NCBI GenBank assembly: GCA_963845535.1
Contig: CAWJSK010000019.1
Location: forward strand, 96,001-160,000
DNA: 64,000 bases
Source of the DNA: an uncultured Spirochaetota bacterium
GTDB taxonomy: Bacteria > Spirochaetota > Spirochaetia > SZUA-6 > Fen-1364
Direction: 5' to 3'
Shown here: positions 9,860 through 19,935 of the stretch, piece by piece
Layout of the letters: each line of letters opens with the position of its first letter
How positions within the stretch are numbered: position 1 is the first letter of the stretch
Position numbers and translations under genes: made by a program
The notes under the pieces: model-generated
Seen by the model: the letters and a program-made list of their open reading frames with translations, nothing else
The model's database searches: none
Told to the model about the DNA's origin: nothing

Positions 9860-11206
9860 GTGAATGCAACGAAGGAAGTCCAGCTTCTCGAAGACTCGAA
9901 GGTGAAGCTCACCATCCGCGTCCCGACGGAGGACGTCAGGAAACAATATGACGACATCCTCAAGGAGTATACGGAGAAAGCCCACCTGAAAGGTTTTCGG
10001 CCCGGCAAGGTACCGGCGGACATCATTGTGCGCAAACTGGGTCCCTCCCTCATTGACCAGACAAAGTCCGAGGTGCTGGAGAAGAGCCTCTCGGAAGCGT
10101 TCGAGAGCGTGGAACAGAAGCCCATTCCGTATTCGACCCCGGAGATCAAAGCGGATGACGCGCTGGAGCTCGGCAAGGAGTTCGCTTTCGAGGTGATCTA
10201 TGACACGTGGCCCGTGGTGGAGCTGGGTCCCTACACCGGGCTGGAGATAGACCAGCCTCAGTGGGAAATCACGGATGAGGACATAGGCCGGGAGCTGAAA
10301 GGCATCCAGGAGCAGAACGCACTCTTCACGGACAAGGAAAGCGGAGACCTGGAAAAGGGCAATATCGCCAACGTGGACTACGGGGAGCTTGAGGCAGGGG
10401 CGGAAAAACCGGGAACAAAGCGGGAAGCGTTCGTGTTCGAGGTTGGAACCGGGTACAACGTCTACAAGATAGATGACGACATCATCGGCATGAAAAAAGG
10501 GGAGACAAAGCTCGTCACGAAGGTCTACCCGGAGGACTTCGAGACAAGCGCCCTGGCGGGAAAATCCGTGACGCTCCGCGTCACCCTCAACAGCATCAAG
10601 GAGAAGAAGCTTCCGGAAATAAACGACGAGCTTGCCCAGGATATCAGTGAGAAGTTCAAGACCCTCGAAGAGCTGAAAGCGGATATCAGGACGAAGCTCG
10701 AGCACGCCGTGAAGCAGAACGTCCGTTCGCGCACCATCACCCGCCTGCTCGACTCCATCGTCGAGACGTCGAAGATCCCCCTTCCGCAGTCCCTTGTGGA
10801 TTACCAGCTAGAAAACATGTGGCAGGAGTACGTGAGCCAGATGCGCATTGATGAGAAGAAGCTCGTGCAGGTTCTTGAGGCGCAGGGCACCACCATGGAG
10901 AGCCTCCGCACCGAGTGGCTGCCGTCCGCCCAAAAGCGGGCGCGCCTGCAGCTCGTGATCTCCGAGGTGGCAAAGCGGGAGAGCATTGCCATCGAGGAAG
11001 GGGAACTGGACGCGGAGATCGCGAAGATGGCGGAGGAGCGCAAGGTGGCCCCGGACGAGCTCAAGGAAAGCCTTGCTCGCAGCAACCTCGTGGACTACAT
11101 GAAATCGAACCTCAGGATCGACAAGCTGTACGACTTCCTCCTCTCCAAGACCACGCTGCGGGCGGGTGAGAGCCGAAAAGTATTGGACATTCTGCAAGGG
11201 AAATAG
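9860..11206 (+). CDS. tig: trigger factor
   Basis: GFRPGKVP signature; GTG start after GAGGA; lies upstream of clpP. Confidence 0.95.
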   Translation: MNATKEVQLLEDSKVKLTIRVPTEDVRKQYDDILKEYTEKAHLKGFRPGKVPADIIVRKLGPSLIDQTKSEVLEKSLSEAFESVEQKPIPYSTPEIKADDALELGKEFAFEVIYDTWPVVELGPYTGLEIDQPQWEITDEDIGRELKGIQEQNALFTDKESGDLEKGNIANVDYGELEAGAEKPGTKREAFVFEVGTGYNVYKIDDDIIGMKKGETKLVTKVYPEDFETSALAGKSVTLRVTLNSIKEKKLPEINDELAQDISEKFKTLEELKADIRTKLEHAVKQNVRSRTITRLLDSIVETSKIPLPQSLVDYQLENMWQEYVSQMRIDEKKLVQVLEAQGTTMESLRTEWLPSAQKRARLQLVISEVAKRESIAIEEGELDAEIAKMAEERKVAPDELKESLARSNLVDYMKSNLRIDKLYDFLLSKTTLRAGESRKVLDILQGK

Positions 11207-11242
11207 GTACCATTCAGTATGATGAAAATGGAAGGGCAGCTC

Positions 11243-11863
11243 ATGCAGGAGATGGACACGAACCTTGTCCCGATCGTCATCGAACAGACGGGACGCGGGG
11301 AGAGGTCGTATGACATCTATTCACGGCTTCTCAAGGACAGGATTGTTTTCGTGGACGGAGAGATCTATGACGTCAACGCGGACCTCGTCGTGGCGCAGCT
11401 CCTTTTCCTGGAGTCGCAAGACCCCGAAAAGGACATCCACCTGTACGTGAACTCTCCGGGCGGGGCGGTGACCGCCGGGCTCGCCATCTATGACACCATC
11501 CAGTACATCAAGCCCAACGTCCAGACCATTTGCATGGGCCAGGCGGCCTCCATGGGGGCGCTCCTGCTCGCGTGCGGCACGCACGGCAAGCGGGCGGCTC
11601 TCCCTTCCTCGCGGATCCTCATCCACCAGCCCTGGGGCGGAGTCTCCGGGCAGGCGGTGGACATCAGCATCCAGGCCCGGGAGCTGGTGCGGATCAAGAA
11701 GCTCATCATTTCCTATTTCGCGGAGCACACGGGGAAATCAGCCGAAACTGTAGAAAAGGATCTCGAGAGGGACTATTATATGTCCGCGGAAGAGGCGCTC
11801 GAATACGGCCTCATCGACAAGATTCTAAGGCGGAGCAAGAGTGGCGAAAACTCCCAAAAGTGA
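11243..11863 (+). CDS. clpP: ATP-dependent Clp protease proteolytic subunit
   Basis: [38 protein letters not shown] and HQP motifs. The start could lie anywhere from 11219 to 11252. Confidence 0.97.
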   Translation: MQEMDTNLVPIVIEQTGRGERSYDIYSRLLKDRIVFVDGEIYDVNADLVVAQLLFLESQDPEKDIHLYVNSPGGAVTAGLAIYDTIQYIKPNVQTICMGQAASMGALLLACGTHGKRAALPSSRILIHQPWGGVSGQAVDISIQARELVRIKKLIISYFAEHTGKSAETVEKDLERDYYMSAEEALEYGLIDKILRRSKSGENSQK

Positions 11864-13094
11864 CGGCTTCAAGGTCTGTTCCTTCTGCGGGAAAAGCGCC
11901 GACGTGGCGCGGCGGCTGATTGCCGGTCCCGGAGTCTTCATCTGCGACGAATGCGTCAACGTCTGCAAGAAGATATTGGATGAGGAGGAGGAAAACCTCT
12001 CCATTGAGTTCACGGAGGACATCCCCAAGCCGCGCGAGATCAAAGACTACCTTGACCAGTACGTGATTGCGCAGGAGCAGGCAAAGAAGGTCCTCTCCGT
12101 TGCGGTCTACAACCACTACAAGCGCATAGCCCTTGGCCACAAGGTCCAGAACGACGTGGAGCTGGAGAAGTCCAACGTCCTTCTCATTGGCCCCACGGGG
12201 ACGGGTAAGACGCTCCTTGCGCGGACGCTGGCGCGCAAGCTCAAGGTGCCGTTTGCCATTGCGGATGCAACCACTCTCACGGAGGCCGGCTACGTCGGGG
12301 AAGACGTCGAGAACATCCTCCTGAAGCTCATCCAGAACGCCGGGAACAACATCTCCGCCGCGGAGCGCGGGATCGTGTACATCGATGAGATAGACAAGAT
12401 TGCGCGCAAGAGCGGGGATAACCCTTCCATCACCCGGGACGTCTCGGGAGAAGGGGTCCAGCAGGCTCTCCTCAAGATCGTGGAGGGAACGGTGGCATCA
12501 GTGCCGCCCCAGGGCGGCCGAAAACATCCCAACCAGGAGATGCTTCGCATCGACACCACGAACATCCTCTTCATCTGCGGCGGGGCTTTCGTCGGCCTGG
12601 ACAAGATCGTTGAGCAGCGCACCGTTGCGCACCCCCTGGGCTTCGGTTCCGACCCCAAGGGATTGGGAGAAAAGGACCTCCTGGAGCTCTATGCGCAGCT
12701 ACAGCCGGATGACCTGATACGCTACGGCCTCATCCCCGAGTTCGTGGGGCGGCTGCCCATCCTGGTCCCCCTGGAGGAACTGGATGCCGACGCTCTGCGG
12801 CGCATCATCACGGAGCCGCACAACGCAATCCTCAAGCAGTACAAGGCTTCCTTCAAGCTGGATGACGTGGAGCTCGAGTTCGAAGATCCCGCCATTACCG
12901 CAATCGCCCACAAAGCCATCGAACGCAAGACGGGTGCCCGGGGGCTGCGGGCAATCGTGGAAGCGCTGATGATGGACGTCATGTTCGACATCCCGTCGCT
13001 CAAGGGCGCGAAAAAGGTCATCATCAACGAGCGGGTGGTCACGAGCGCGGAGAAACCCGAGATCATCCTCGCCGGCGAGAAAAAGACGGCATAA
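11841..13094 (+). CDS. clpX: ATP-dependent Clp protease ATP-binding subunit
   Basis: CSFCGK zinc finger, [15 protein letters not shown] loop. Confidence 0.97.
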   Translation: MAKTPKSDGFKVCSFCGKSADVARRLIAGPGVFICDECVNVCKKILDEEEENLSIEFTEDIPKPREIKDYLDQYVIAQEQAKKVLSVAVYNHYKRIALGHKVQNDVELEKSNVLLIGPTGTGKTLLARTLARKLKVPFAIADATTLTEAGYVGEDVENILLKLIQNAGNNISAAERGIVYIDEIDKIARKSGDNPSITRDVSGEGVQQALLKIVEGTVASVPPQGGRKHPNQEMLRIDTTNILFICGGAFVGLDKIVEQRTVAHPLGFGSDPKGLGEKDLLELYAQLQPDDLIRYGLIPEFVGRLPILVPLEELDADALRRIITEPHNAILKQYKASFKLDDVELEFEDPAITAIAHKAIERKTGARGLRAIVEALMMDVMFDIPSLKGAKKVIINERVVTSAEKPEIILAGEKKTA

Positions 13095-13112
13095 CGGCCG
13101 TTTGGCAAGCGC

Positions 13113-15833
13113 ATGAAGATCCTTCTCAAAAGACACGAGATGTTCATGGTTCCGCTGAAGGACCTCGCCGTCTTTCCGCGGATGATCGTGCCGCTGTTCG
13201 TGGGACGCCGACGCTCGCTGCGCAGCGTGGAAGAGGCCATGCGCCTGGGGCGCCCGCTTTTCCTGGTGTCGCAGCGCAAGACGGGAGTTGAGGAGCCTGA
13301 CGAGCGGGACGTGCACGACGTCGGGACCGTTTCCCGCGTGCTCCAGATGCTGAAGCTCCCTGACGGGAAGATACGGCTTCTCGTGGAGGGGCTCGAGCGC
13401 GCGGCCATCGCCAGATACTCGGAGACCCGTGACTCCTTCCGCGTAATCGTGCGGCCCTTCCCGCAGGCAACCGAGGTCACCCCCCAGATTTCCGCGCTCA
13501 TGCGCACGGCGCTTTCGCAGTTCACCCGATACTCGGAAGTCTCCAAGAAAGTCCCGCCGGAAGCCGTCACCGCCGTTGAAGGCGCTGACCTGCCGGACAC
13601 GCTCGTCGACCTGATTGCCGGAAACCTGCCGCTCAAGCTGCCGCAGAAGCTGGAGCTCCTGTCCATTGAAGATCCTGAGGCGCGCCTGGAAAGGTGCGCC
13701 GCAATCGTGGCTTCCGAGATCGAGGTCCTCTCCCTGGAGCAGGAGATCACGGGCAAGGTCAGGCGGAAGCTTGAGAAGACCCAGAAGGACTATTTCCTCA
13801 ACGAGCAGCTCAAGGAGATCCAGCGCGAGCTTGGCGCGGAAGGGGAGGACCCCACCGGCGCCCGAGAGCTGGAGGAGAAGGTCAAGGCCAAGGGTTTGCC
13901 GCCAGAGGTGGCGGAGAAGTGCCAGAAGGAGCTGAAGCGGCTGGGCCGCATGCAGCCCATGTCTCCGGAGTCCGCGCTCCTCAGGACGTACCTCGAATGG
14001 ATCTCCGACCTGCCGTGGAAGGAGACCACCGCTGACAACCACGACATCGAGCGCGCGCACCGGATCCTGGACGAAGACCACTATGACCTGAAAAAAGTCA
14101 AGGAACGGATCCTGGATTTCATTGCGGTGCGCCAGCTTTCCCCGACGGTCAAAGGGCCCATCCTCTGCTTTATCGGCCCCCCGGGCACTGGCAAGACGTC
14201 CCTGGGCCGCTCCGTGGCCCGCTCCCTGGGACGGAACTTCGTACGCGTTTCCCTGGGCGGCGTTCGAGACGAAGCGGAGATCCGCGGGCACAGGAAGACG
14301 TACGTCGGCGCGCTCCCCGGCAAGATCCTCCAGTCCATGCGCAAGGCCGGGTCACGCAACCCCGTTTTTCTCCTGGATGAGATTGACAAGATGAGCTCGG
14401 ACTGGCGCGGTGATCCCGCCTCCGCTCTCCTGGAGGTGCTGGACCCCGAGCAGAACGCCACTTTCGTGGATCACTATCTCGAAGTGCCGTATGACCTTTC
14501 CCACGTGATGTTCATCACCACCGCCAACTCGTCGCACAACATCCCGTATGCCCTGCGCGACAGGATGGAAGTGATCGAGATTTCGGGATACACGGAGCTC
14601 GAGAAAGAGAAGATCGCGGAGAAGTTCCTCGTTCCCAAGCAGATCAGGGAGAACGGGCTGGACTGGGCCAATATCACGTTCCAGAAGTCTGCCATCCTGA
14701 AGCTCATCAGGGGCTTTACAATGGAAGCAGGCGTGAGAAACCTGGAGCGCGAGATTGCCAACATCATTCGAAAGATCGCGCGGGAAGCCGTGAAAGAGGG
14801 CAGGATGCCGCCGGCACCGCCGCAGCCGCAACAGGCTGCGCCACAGCTTTCGGCGGCGCAGGAAGAGCAGGAGCCCGTGGGCGTCGAGCCCGAACAACAA
14901 GAACCGCCGCTCGGCGCGGAGGGTCCAGCCGCCACGTCCGTTCCGGTCACCGCGTCCGCTCCGGCCGCCACGTCCGTTCCGGTCACCGCGTCCGCTCCGG
15001 CCGCCGGGTCCGTTGCGGCCGAGGCGCCGGCTCTGCAGCCTGAACAGGCGGACCCGGCCTCCCCGGCGGGAGCCGCTGCGCCTTTCGCGGTCACCGTCAC
15101 GGGAAGGAACGTGGAGAAATATCTCGGCAAGGTGAAGTTCCTGGAGAACACCTTCTCCCGAGACGTGAAGCCGGGCCTCGCATATGGTCTTGCGTGGACC
15201 GAGGTGGGGGGGCAGCTGCTGCCCGTGGAGGTCGCAATCCTCAAGGGCAAGGGGGAGCTGATGCTGACCGGGAGCCTCGGGGACGTGATGAAGGAAAGCG
15301 CGCAGGCGGCGCTTTCTTTCCTGCGCGCCCACCACGCGGCCCTGGGCATCCCTGCTGATTTCACCAAGGATCGGGACATCCATATCCACGTTCCCGAGGG
15401 AGCCATCCCGAAAGACGGCCCGTCGGCGGGAATCACGCTGGCCGCGGCTCTGCTTTCGGCGGTTTCCGGCATTGCCCTGAAAAGCGGTTTCGCCATGACC
15501 GGGGAAATCACGCTCACGGGGCGGCTCCTTCCCATTGGCGGCGTCAAGGAGAAAGTCCTGGCAGCCCATCGATACAAGATGACGCAGGTGCTCCTGCCGC
15601 GACGCAATGAGAAGGACCTCGAGGAAATCCCCGCCGAAGTGCAGAAGGAGATGGGTTTCGAGTTCGCGGATTCCGTGCTCGACGCCATTGCCATCCTTTT
15701 CCCGGCCGGAAGCTTCTCCGAAGGAGAGGCCGCTGACCGGCCTGCCGCCGCCACGGAACAAGACAGAACGCAATCCGCTGAGGAGCCTCTTGCCCCCGCA
15801 GACGGGGTTCCGCTCCAGCAGCCATCCGCCTGA
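13113..15833 (+). CDS. lon: Lon protease with a low-complexity insertion
   Basis: GPPGTGKT, LLDEIDK, PKDGPSAG and GGVKEK motifs. Confidence 0.97.
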   Translation: MKILLKRHEMFMVPLKDLAVFPRMIVPLFVGRRRSLRSVEEAMRLGRPLFLVSQRKTGVEEPDERDVHDVGTVSRVLQMLKLPDGKIRLLVEGLERAAIARYSETRDSFRVIVRPFPQATEVTPQISALMRTALSQFTRYSEVSKKVPPEAVTAVEGADLPDTLVDLIAGNLPLKLPQKLELLSIEDPEARLERCAAIVASEIEVLSLEQEITGKVRRKLEKTQKDYFLNEQLKEIQRELGAEGEDPTGARELEEKVKAKGLPPEVAEKCQKELKRLGRMQPMSPESALLRTYLEWISDLPWKETTADNHDIERAHRILDEDHYDLKKVKERILDFIAVRQLSPTVKGPILCFIGPPGTGKTSLGRSVARSLGRNFVRVSLGGVRDEAEIRGHRKTYVGALPGKILQSMRKAGSRNPVFLLDEIDKMSSDWRGDPASALLEVLDPEQNATFVDHYLEVPYDLSHVMFITTANSSHNIPYALRDRMEVIEISGYTELEKEKIAEKFLVPKQIRENGLDWANITFQKSAILKLIRGFTMEAGVRNLEREIANIIRKIAREAVKEGRMPPAPPQPQQAAPQLSAAQEEQEPVGVEPEQQEPPLGAEGPAATSVPVTASAPAATSVPVTASAPAAGSVAAEAPALQPEQADPASPAGAAAPFAVTVTGRNVEKYLGKVKFLENTFSRDVKPGLAYGLAWTEVGGQLLPVEVAILKGKGELMLTGSLGDVMKESAQAALSFLRAHHAALGIPADFTKDRDIHIHVPEGAIPKDGPSAGITLAAALLSAVSGIALKSGFAMTGEITLTGRLLPIGGVKEKVLAAHRYKMTQVLLPRRNEKDLEEIPAEVQKEMGFEFADSVLDAIAILFPAGSFSEGEAADRPAAATEQDRTQSAEEPLAPADGVPLQQPSA
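14928..15020 (+). repeat. 36-bp in-frame tandem repeat (AATSVPVTASAP x2 plus a partial copy) in lon
   Basis: Exact copies at 14928-14963 and 14964-14999. Confidence 0.95.
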
Positions 15834-15839
15834 GGTCGG

Positions 15840-16481
15840 ATGGAGCACCTCCTCAGGACGCTCGAGCCTTACCTCCACCGCTACGGATACCTCGCCGTTT
15901 TCGCCGCGATCTTCCTGGAAGACTTCGGAGTACCCATGCCCGGAGAGACCCTGCTTATTGCGGGCGCGCTGCTGGCGTCCCGCGGCAGCTTCAATATTTT
16001 CGTGCTTGTGATCACGGCGGTGTGCGCGGCCACATTGGGGGACAACGTGGGCTACGCCATTGGCCGGTTCGGCGGCCGACGGCTCGTGCTGCGCTACGGC
16101 CGGTACGTTCTCGTCACCCCGGCGCGGTTGGAGCGGGCGGAGCGGTTCTTCCAGACCCGCGGCGCGCTTGTGGTCATTGCCGCCCGGTTTTTCGAGATCC
16201 TTCGACAGCTCAACGGAATAGTGGCGGGCATCTCGGGGATGCGCTGGTGGCGCTTCCTGGTCTACAATGCCACGGGAGCGGCGCTGTGGGTGGGGTTCTG
16301 GAGCATTCTTTTCTTCCAGCTTGGCCGGCAGGGGGAGCGGGTCGGGCTCCTTTTCAGGAGATACGAGCCTTTTGCGGCGGGGCTCATCCTCCTGGCCATC
16401 ATCTGCGGGGTCGGGGTTCGCGTTTTTCTCAGGAGGCGCCATGGGACGCGAGACGACACCCATCCGGGTCCTCGTGATTGA
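15840..16481 (+). CDS. DedA family membrane protein
   Basis: LEDFGVPMPGETLL, LGDNVGYAIGRFGG, ARFF motifs. Confidence 0.92.
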   Translation: MEHLLRTLEPYLHRYGYLAVFAAIFLEDFGVPMPGETLLIAGALLASRGSFNIFVLVITAVCAATLGDNVGYAIGRFGGRRLVLRYGRYVLVTPARLERAERFFQTRGALVVIAARFFEILRQLNGIVAGISGMRWWRFLVYNATGAALWVGFWSILFFQLGRQGERVGLLFRRYEPFAAGLILLAIICGVGVRVFLRRRHGTRDDTHPGPRD

Positions 16482-16496
16482 AGGTGGAGGCGCGCC

Positions 16497-17291
16497 TCAG
16501 GCGTTTGACCTGCGCCGCCGGCCCGCGGAGATGATCCGCTTCAATTCTCCAAGACCGTCACGCATGGCCTGCGCGCCGCGGTCCACGAGCTCATCAGCTT
16601 TCTTCAAGTTCCTGTAATGAAACCCCTGCAGGTCGGGGCTCACCACGAGATCGGCTGATGACATCCCCTTCTGGCCGGCGCCTGCAAGGAGGATGTCGAA
16701 GGTGTAGTAGGCGATGTCCAGGATGTTGCGGGGCGGGCCGGACTGGAGCTTGCGCGCGTGCAGGTTGACGCCAATGACGATGTCAGCTCCGAGGGACCGC
16801 GCAACGTCCGCCGGGACGTCATTCACGAGCCCTCCATCCACGAGCGCCATGTCTCCTCTGCGCAGAGGCTCAAAGAGTCCGGGCACGCTGCAGCTTGCCC
16901 GGACCGCTTTCGCCACCGAGCCGGTGGTGAACACCACCTGCTCGCCGCGCTCGAGGTCGGTGGCCACCGCGGCAAACGGAATCCGCAATTCGGAGAAGTC
17001 CAGCGCGCCGGTCATGGCCTCTACGTAACGTTCCAGCTTGTCCAGGCGCATCATCCCCTGCCGAGGGAACGTCAGGGAAACGAGGTTGGACCACTCCACC
17101 CGGCGGGCGGCGTCCCATATCTCTTTCCAGGAGCGGCCCGCGCAATGGGCTGCGCCGATGACGCTCCCGGCGCTTGTGCCTGCAACACAGTCCACCGTGA
17201 TGCCTTCCTCTGAAAGCACCCGGAGAACGCCAATGTGGGCAAGACCCAGCGCGGCGCCTCCGCCGAGGGCAAGTCCGATTCGAAGGCTCAC
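16497..17291 (-). CDS. patatin-like phospholipase (RssA-like)
   Basis: GGGAALG, GTSAG and DGG motifs; likely GTG start at 17291. Confidence 0.92.
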   Translation of the reverse strand: MSLRIGLALGGGAALGLAHIGVLRVLSEEGITVDCVAGTSAGSVIGAAHCAGRSWKEIWDAARRVEWSNLVSLTFPRQGMMRLDKLERYVEAMTGALDFSELRIPFAAVATDLERGEQVVFTTGSVAKAVRASCSVPGLFEPLRRGDMALVDGGLVNDVPADVARSLGADIVIGVNLHARKLQSGPPRNILDIAYYTFDILLAGAGQKGMSSADLVVSPDLQGFHYRNLKKADELVDRGAQAMRDGLGELKRIISAGRRRRSNA

Positions 17292-17401
17292 TCCCGGAGG
17301 ATATCCGCGGCCGCAGCGGGCAGTCAAGGTTGCCCAGCAGGTTGCCCAGCACGAAGGTCGGCAATGTTGCCGAGCCGTCAAAGGCTGCCTACATTGTCTT
17401 C

Positions 17402-18010
17402 ATGAAAACGCACATTCGGCCGGCACGACCGGTCGTCTTTCTTATTGTCACACTCCTCATGGCCGGGGCGGCCGCCGCGGGCTTCGCGCAGGCGGCCATG
17501 GCGGTCTCCGTGGACGGGACCGTCGCGTCGGTGAGCGCAGGGCAGATAACTCTTACCGCGGCGGACGGCAGCACGAAGAACGCGACCCTCTCAGCCGCAA
17601 CCATGATCCTGGAGCGGCACAAGGCCACGCTGAGCGACATCCAGAAGGGCGACGCCATGGGGGTCACGACGCATCGGGCCGCTGATGGAAGCATGACCGC
17701 GACCGCCATCAACATCTTCCCGGCAGTTTTGTACAAAGTGGTCAAGAAGGGCCAGTTCCCCATGCAGCAGCCCGGCCAGATCATGACAAACGCGCTCGTT
17801 GACGCCTACGTGGCGAAGGGGGACACTCACGCGCTCACGATGAAGTACGGCAGCGAGACTTACCCCATCGTCGTGCCTGACAGCGCGGAAATCTACCGCC
17901 TTGTGCCGGTGGACAAGTCCATGGTGAAGGCGGGCATGCACGTCCTGGTCCGCGGCAGCGCGAACGCGGACGGGAGCATCAAGGCGGCCGTCGTAAGCTA
18001 CGACGGATAG
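17402..18010 (+). CDS. secreted protein with two DUF5666-like beta repeats
   Basis: Signal peptide; repeated pattern LSDIQKGDAMGV...DGSMTATAI and MVKAGMHVLV...DGSIKAAVV. Confidence 0.7.
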   Translation: MKTHIRPARPVVFLIVTLLMAGAAAAGFAQAAMAVSVDGTVASVSAGQITLTAADGSTKNATLSAATMILERHKATLSDIQKGDAMGVTTHRAADGSMTATAINIFPAVLYKVVKKGQFPMQQPGQIMTNALVDAYVAKGDTHALTMKYGSETYPIVVPDSAEIYRLVPVDKSMVKAGMHVLVRGSANADGSIKAAVVSYDG

Positions 18011-18042
18011 GGCGTTCGACGCGGGCAAGCCGCGATCTTCGC

Positions 18043-18071
18043 TTGCACAATTGCGCCCCTGCGGCTACCAT
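18043..18071 (+). promoter_or_regulatory. sigma70 promoter of the two-component operon
   Basis: TTGCAC, 17 bp, TACCAT. Confidence 0.55.
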
Positions 18072-18167
18072 GGATGGTGACGCTGGGCGGCCTTCCGGTG
18101 ATCCCTGGCACAGCGGAGCTGTGCGGAGCCCCGGCCGCCCTTTGCCATCCATGGCTAAGGGGCGCTC

Positions 18168-19928
18168 CTGAAGTACCACAGCATTCGGACCAAGCTTCTC
18201 ATCTATTTCGTCGCTGTCATCATTCTCCCCCTGCTGACTTTGGGGATCCTCGGGCCCTCCATCTCCGCTCGCATCATCGAACGGGAAGTCACGAATCATA
18301 CCGTCCAGCTCATCCGGCAGGTTACGCGCAATGCCGAGCTCTACATCCGTAAAATGGAGAGCCTCGCTTCCATCCTCGTGGCGGACGCGGACGTGCAGGC
18401 TTTTTACCGCATCGACGACCAGGGGGCTCCTTTCTCCCCGGACAGCCAACGGCGGGCCTTGCGCCTTTTGGGAAACATCACCCGCGTCAATTCGGAGATC
18501 GCCGGCATCCTGCTCGTCAACGATGCGGACGGATACCTCAGCAATGAAATCCAGCCCATAACGCGTGATCCCCTCCTGGAAGAAGACTGGTACCGTCGCG
18601 CCATCCGCTACGCTCCGGACGTGCAGCTTCTCCCCCGTCCCGTCGGCAGGAACCTGCGCAACACCCCCGGCTACAGCGCGGATGACGTCGTCTCCATCGT
18701 GAAGGCCGTGATCGACCCGCGTACGGGGCGCGCCCGCGGCGTCGTCCTCATCGACATGAAGCTCCAGGTGGTCCAGGACATCTTTGTCGACATGAAAGTG
18801 GGCCAGGGCGGGTTTCTCTTCATCGAGGATGCGGAGGGCGGCACGGTCTACGCGCCCGTCAACCCCGTCGTATATCGCGTGAGAGGGGATTGGCTTGCCG
18901 GTCCCCAGACGAGCGTAATCCGCCGGATCCAGGGCGCGGATTACCAGATCCTGGCCCAGAGCTCCGATTACACGGGGTGGAAGACCATCGGGGTCTTCCC
19001 GTTGAACGAGATCATGGGGCAGGTGAGCCTCATCCGCTACTACTCCTTCATCATAGCGGGCGTGACGCTCTTCATTGCGGCGGTGGCCTCGATCTTTTTC
19101 ACCGGGTCCATTGCCCGGCCCGTCATAGCCCTTCGCGTCCTCATGAAGGAAGCGGAGGAAGGGAACCTCGCCGTGCGTTTCCAGGGCCGGGAAGAGGACG
19201 AGATCGGGCACCTGGGCAAGAGCTTCAACACGATGATCGAGGAGATCCAGAAGCTCATCGACCTGGTCTACCGGGAGCAGCAGTCCAAGAGGGAGGCCGA
19301 GCTGAAGACGCTCCAGGAACAGATCAAGCCGCACTTCCTCTACAACACGCTGGACACAATCCACTGGATGGCGCAGGCGCGAGGGGCCAACGACATCGTG
19401 CAGATCGTGAGCGCGCTCACAAGCCTTTTCCGCATCGCCCTTTCCAAGGGCAAGGAGATGATCAGCCTGAGCGATGAGCTGGAGCACGTGCGCAGCTACC
19501 TCATCATCCAGAAGCTGCGCTACGAGGACAAGTTCGATTATTCCCTGTGCGTCCAGGACGACGTGCTGCCGTACATGGTGCTGAAGCTGACGCTTCAGCC
19601 CCTGGTTGAGAACGCGATCTACCACGGGATCAAGGAGCGGCGCGGACATGGGATAATCCGGGTCGACGCGCTGCGAAGGGACCAGACGCTGGTGCTTCGC
19701 GTGTGCGATGACGGCGTGGGGATGTCCGACGAAAAGCTCACCGAGGTGCGTACCCTTCTCTCGAAGGCGCCCGCGGAGAGCTCCCAGAAGACGGGCTACG
19801 GCATATCCAACGTCAACGAGAGGATCCAGCTTTCTTTCGGCAAGAGCTTTGGGTTGCGCTTCGAGAGCTCGCCGGGCGGGGGAACGACCGTGGAGATAAT
19901 GCACCCTCTGATCCGGGGGAAGGAATAA
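18168..19928 (+). CDS. YesM-like sensor histidine kinase (Cache, HAMP, His_kinase)
   Basis: QIKPHFLYNTLD, LQPLVENAIYHG and DDGVG motifs. The first TM helix lies upstream of the ORF-track start, so the start is uncertain (see findings). Confidence 0.92.
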   Translation: MKYHSIRTKLLIYFVAVIILPLLTLGILGPSISARIIEREVTNHTVQLIRQVTRNAELYIRKMESLASILVADADVQAFYRIDDQGAPFSPDSQRRALRLLGNITRVNSEIAGILLVNDADGYLSNEIQPITRDPLLEEDWYRRAIRYAPDVQLLPRPVGRNLRNTPGYSADDVVSIVKAVIDPRTGRARGVVLIDMKLQVVQDIFVDMKVGQGGFLFIEDAEGGTVYAPVNPVVYRVRGDWLAGPQTSVIRRIQGADYQILAQSSDYTGWKTIGVFPLNEIMGQVSLIRYYSFIIAGVTLFIAAVASIFFTGSIARPVIALRVLMKEAEEGNLAVRFQGREEDEIGHLGKSFNTMIEEIQKLIDLVYREQQSKREAELKTLQEQIKPHFLYNTLDTIHWMAQARGANDIVQIVSALTSLFRIALSKGKEMISLSDELEHVRSYLIIQKLRYEDKFDYSLCVQDDVLPYMVLKLTLQPLVENAIYHGIKERRGHGIIRVDALRRDQTLVLRVCDDGVGMSDEKLTEVRTLLSKAPAESSQKTGYGISNVNERIQLSFGKSFGLRFESSPGGGTTVEIMHPLIRGKE

Positions 19929-19935
19929 GGCGCGC

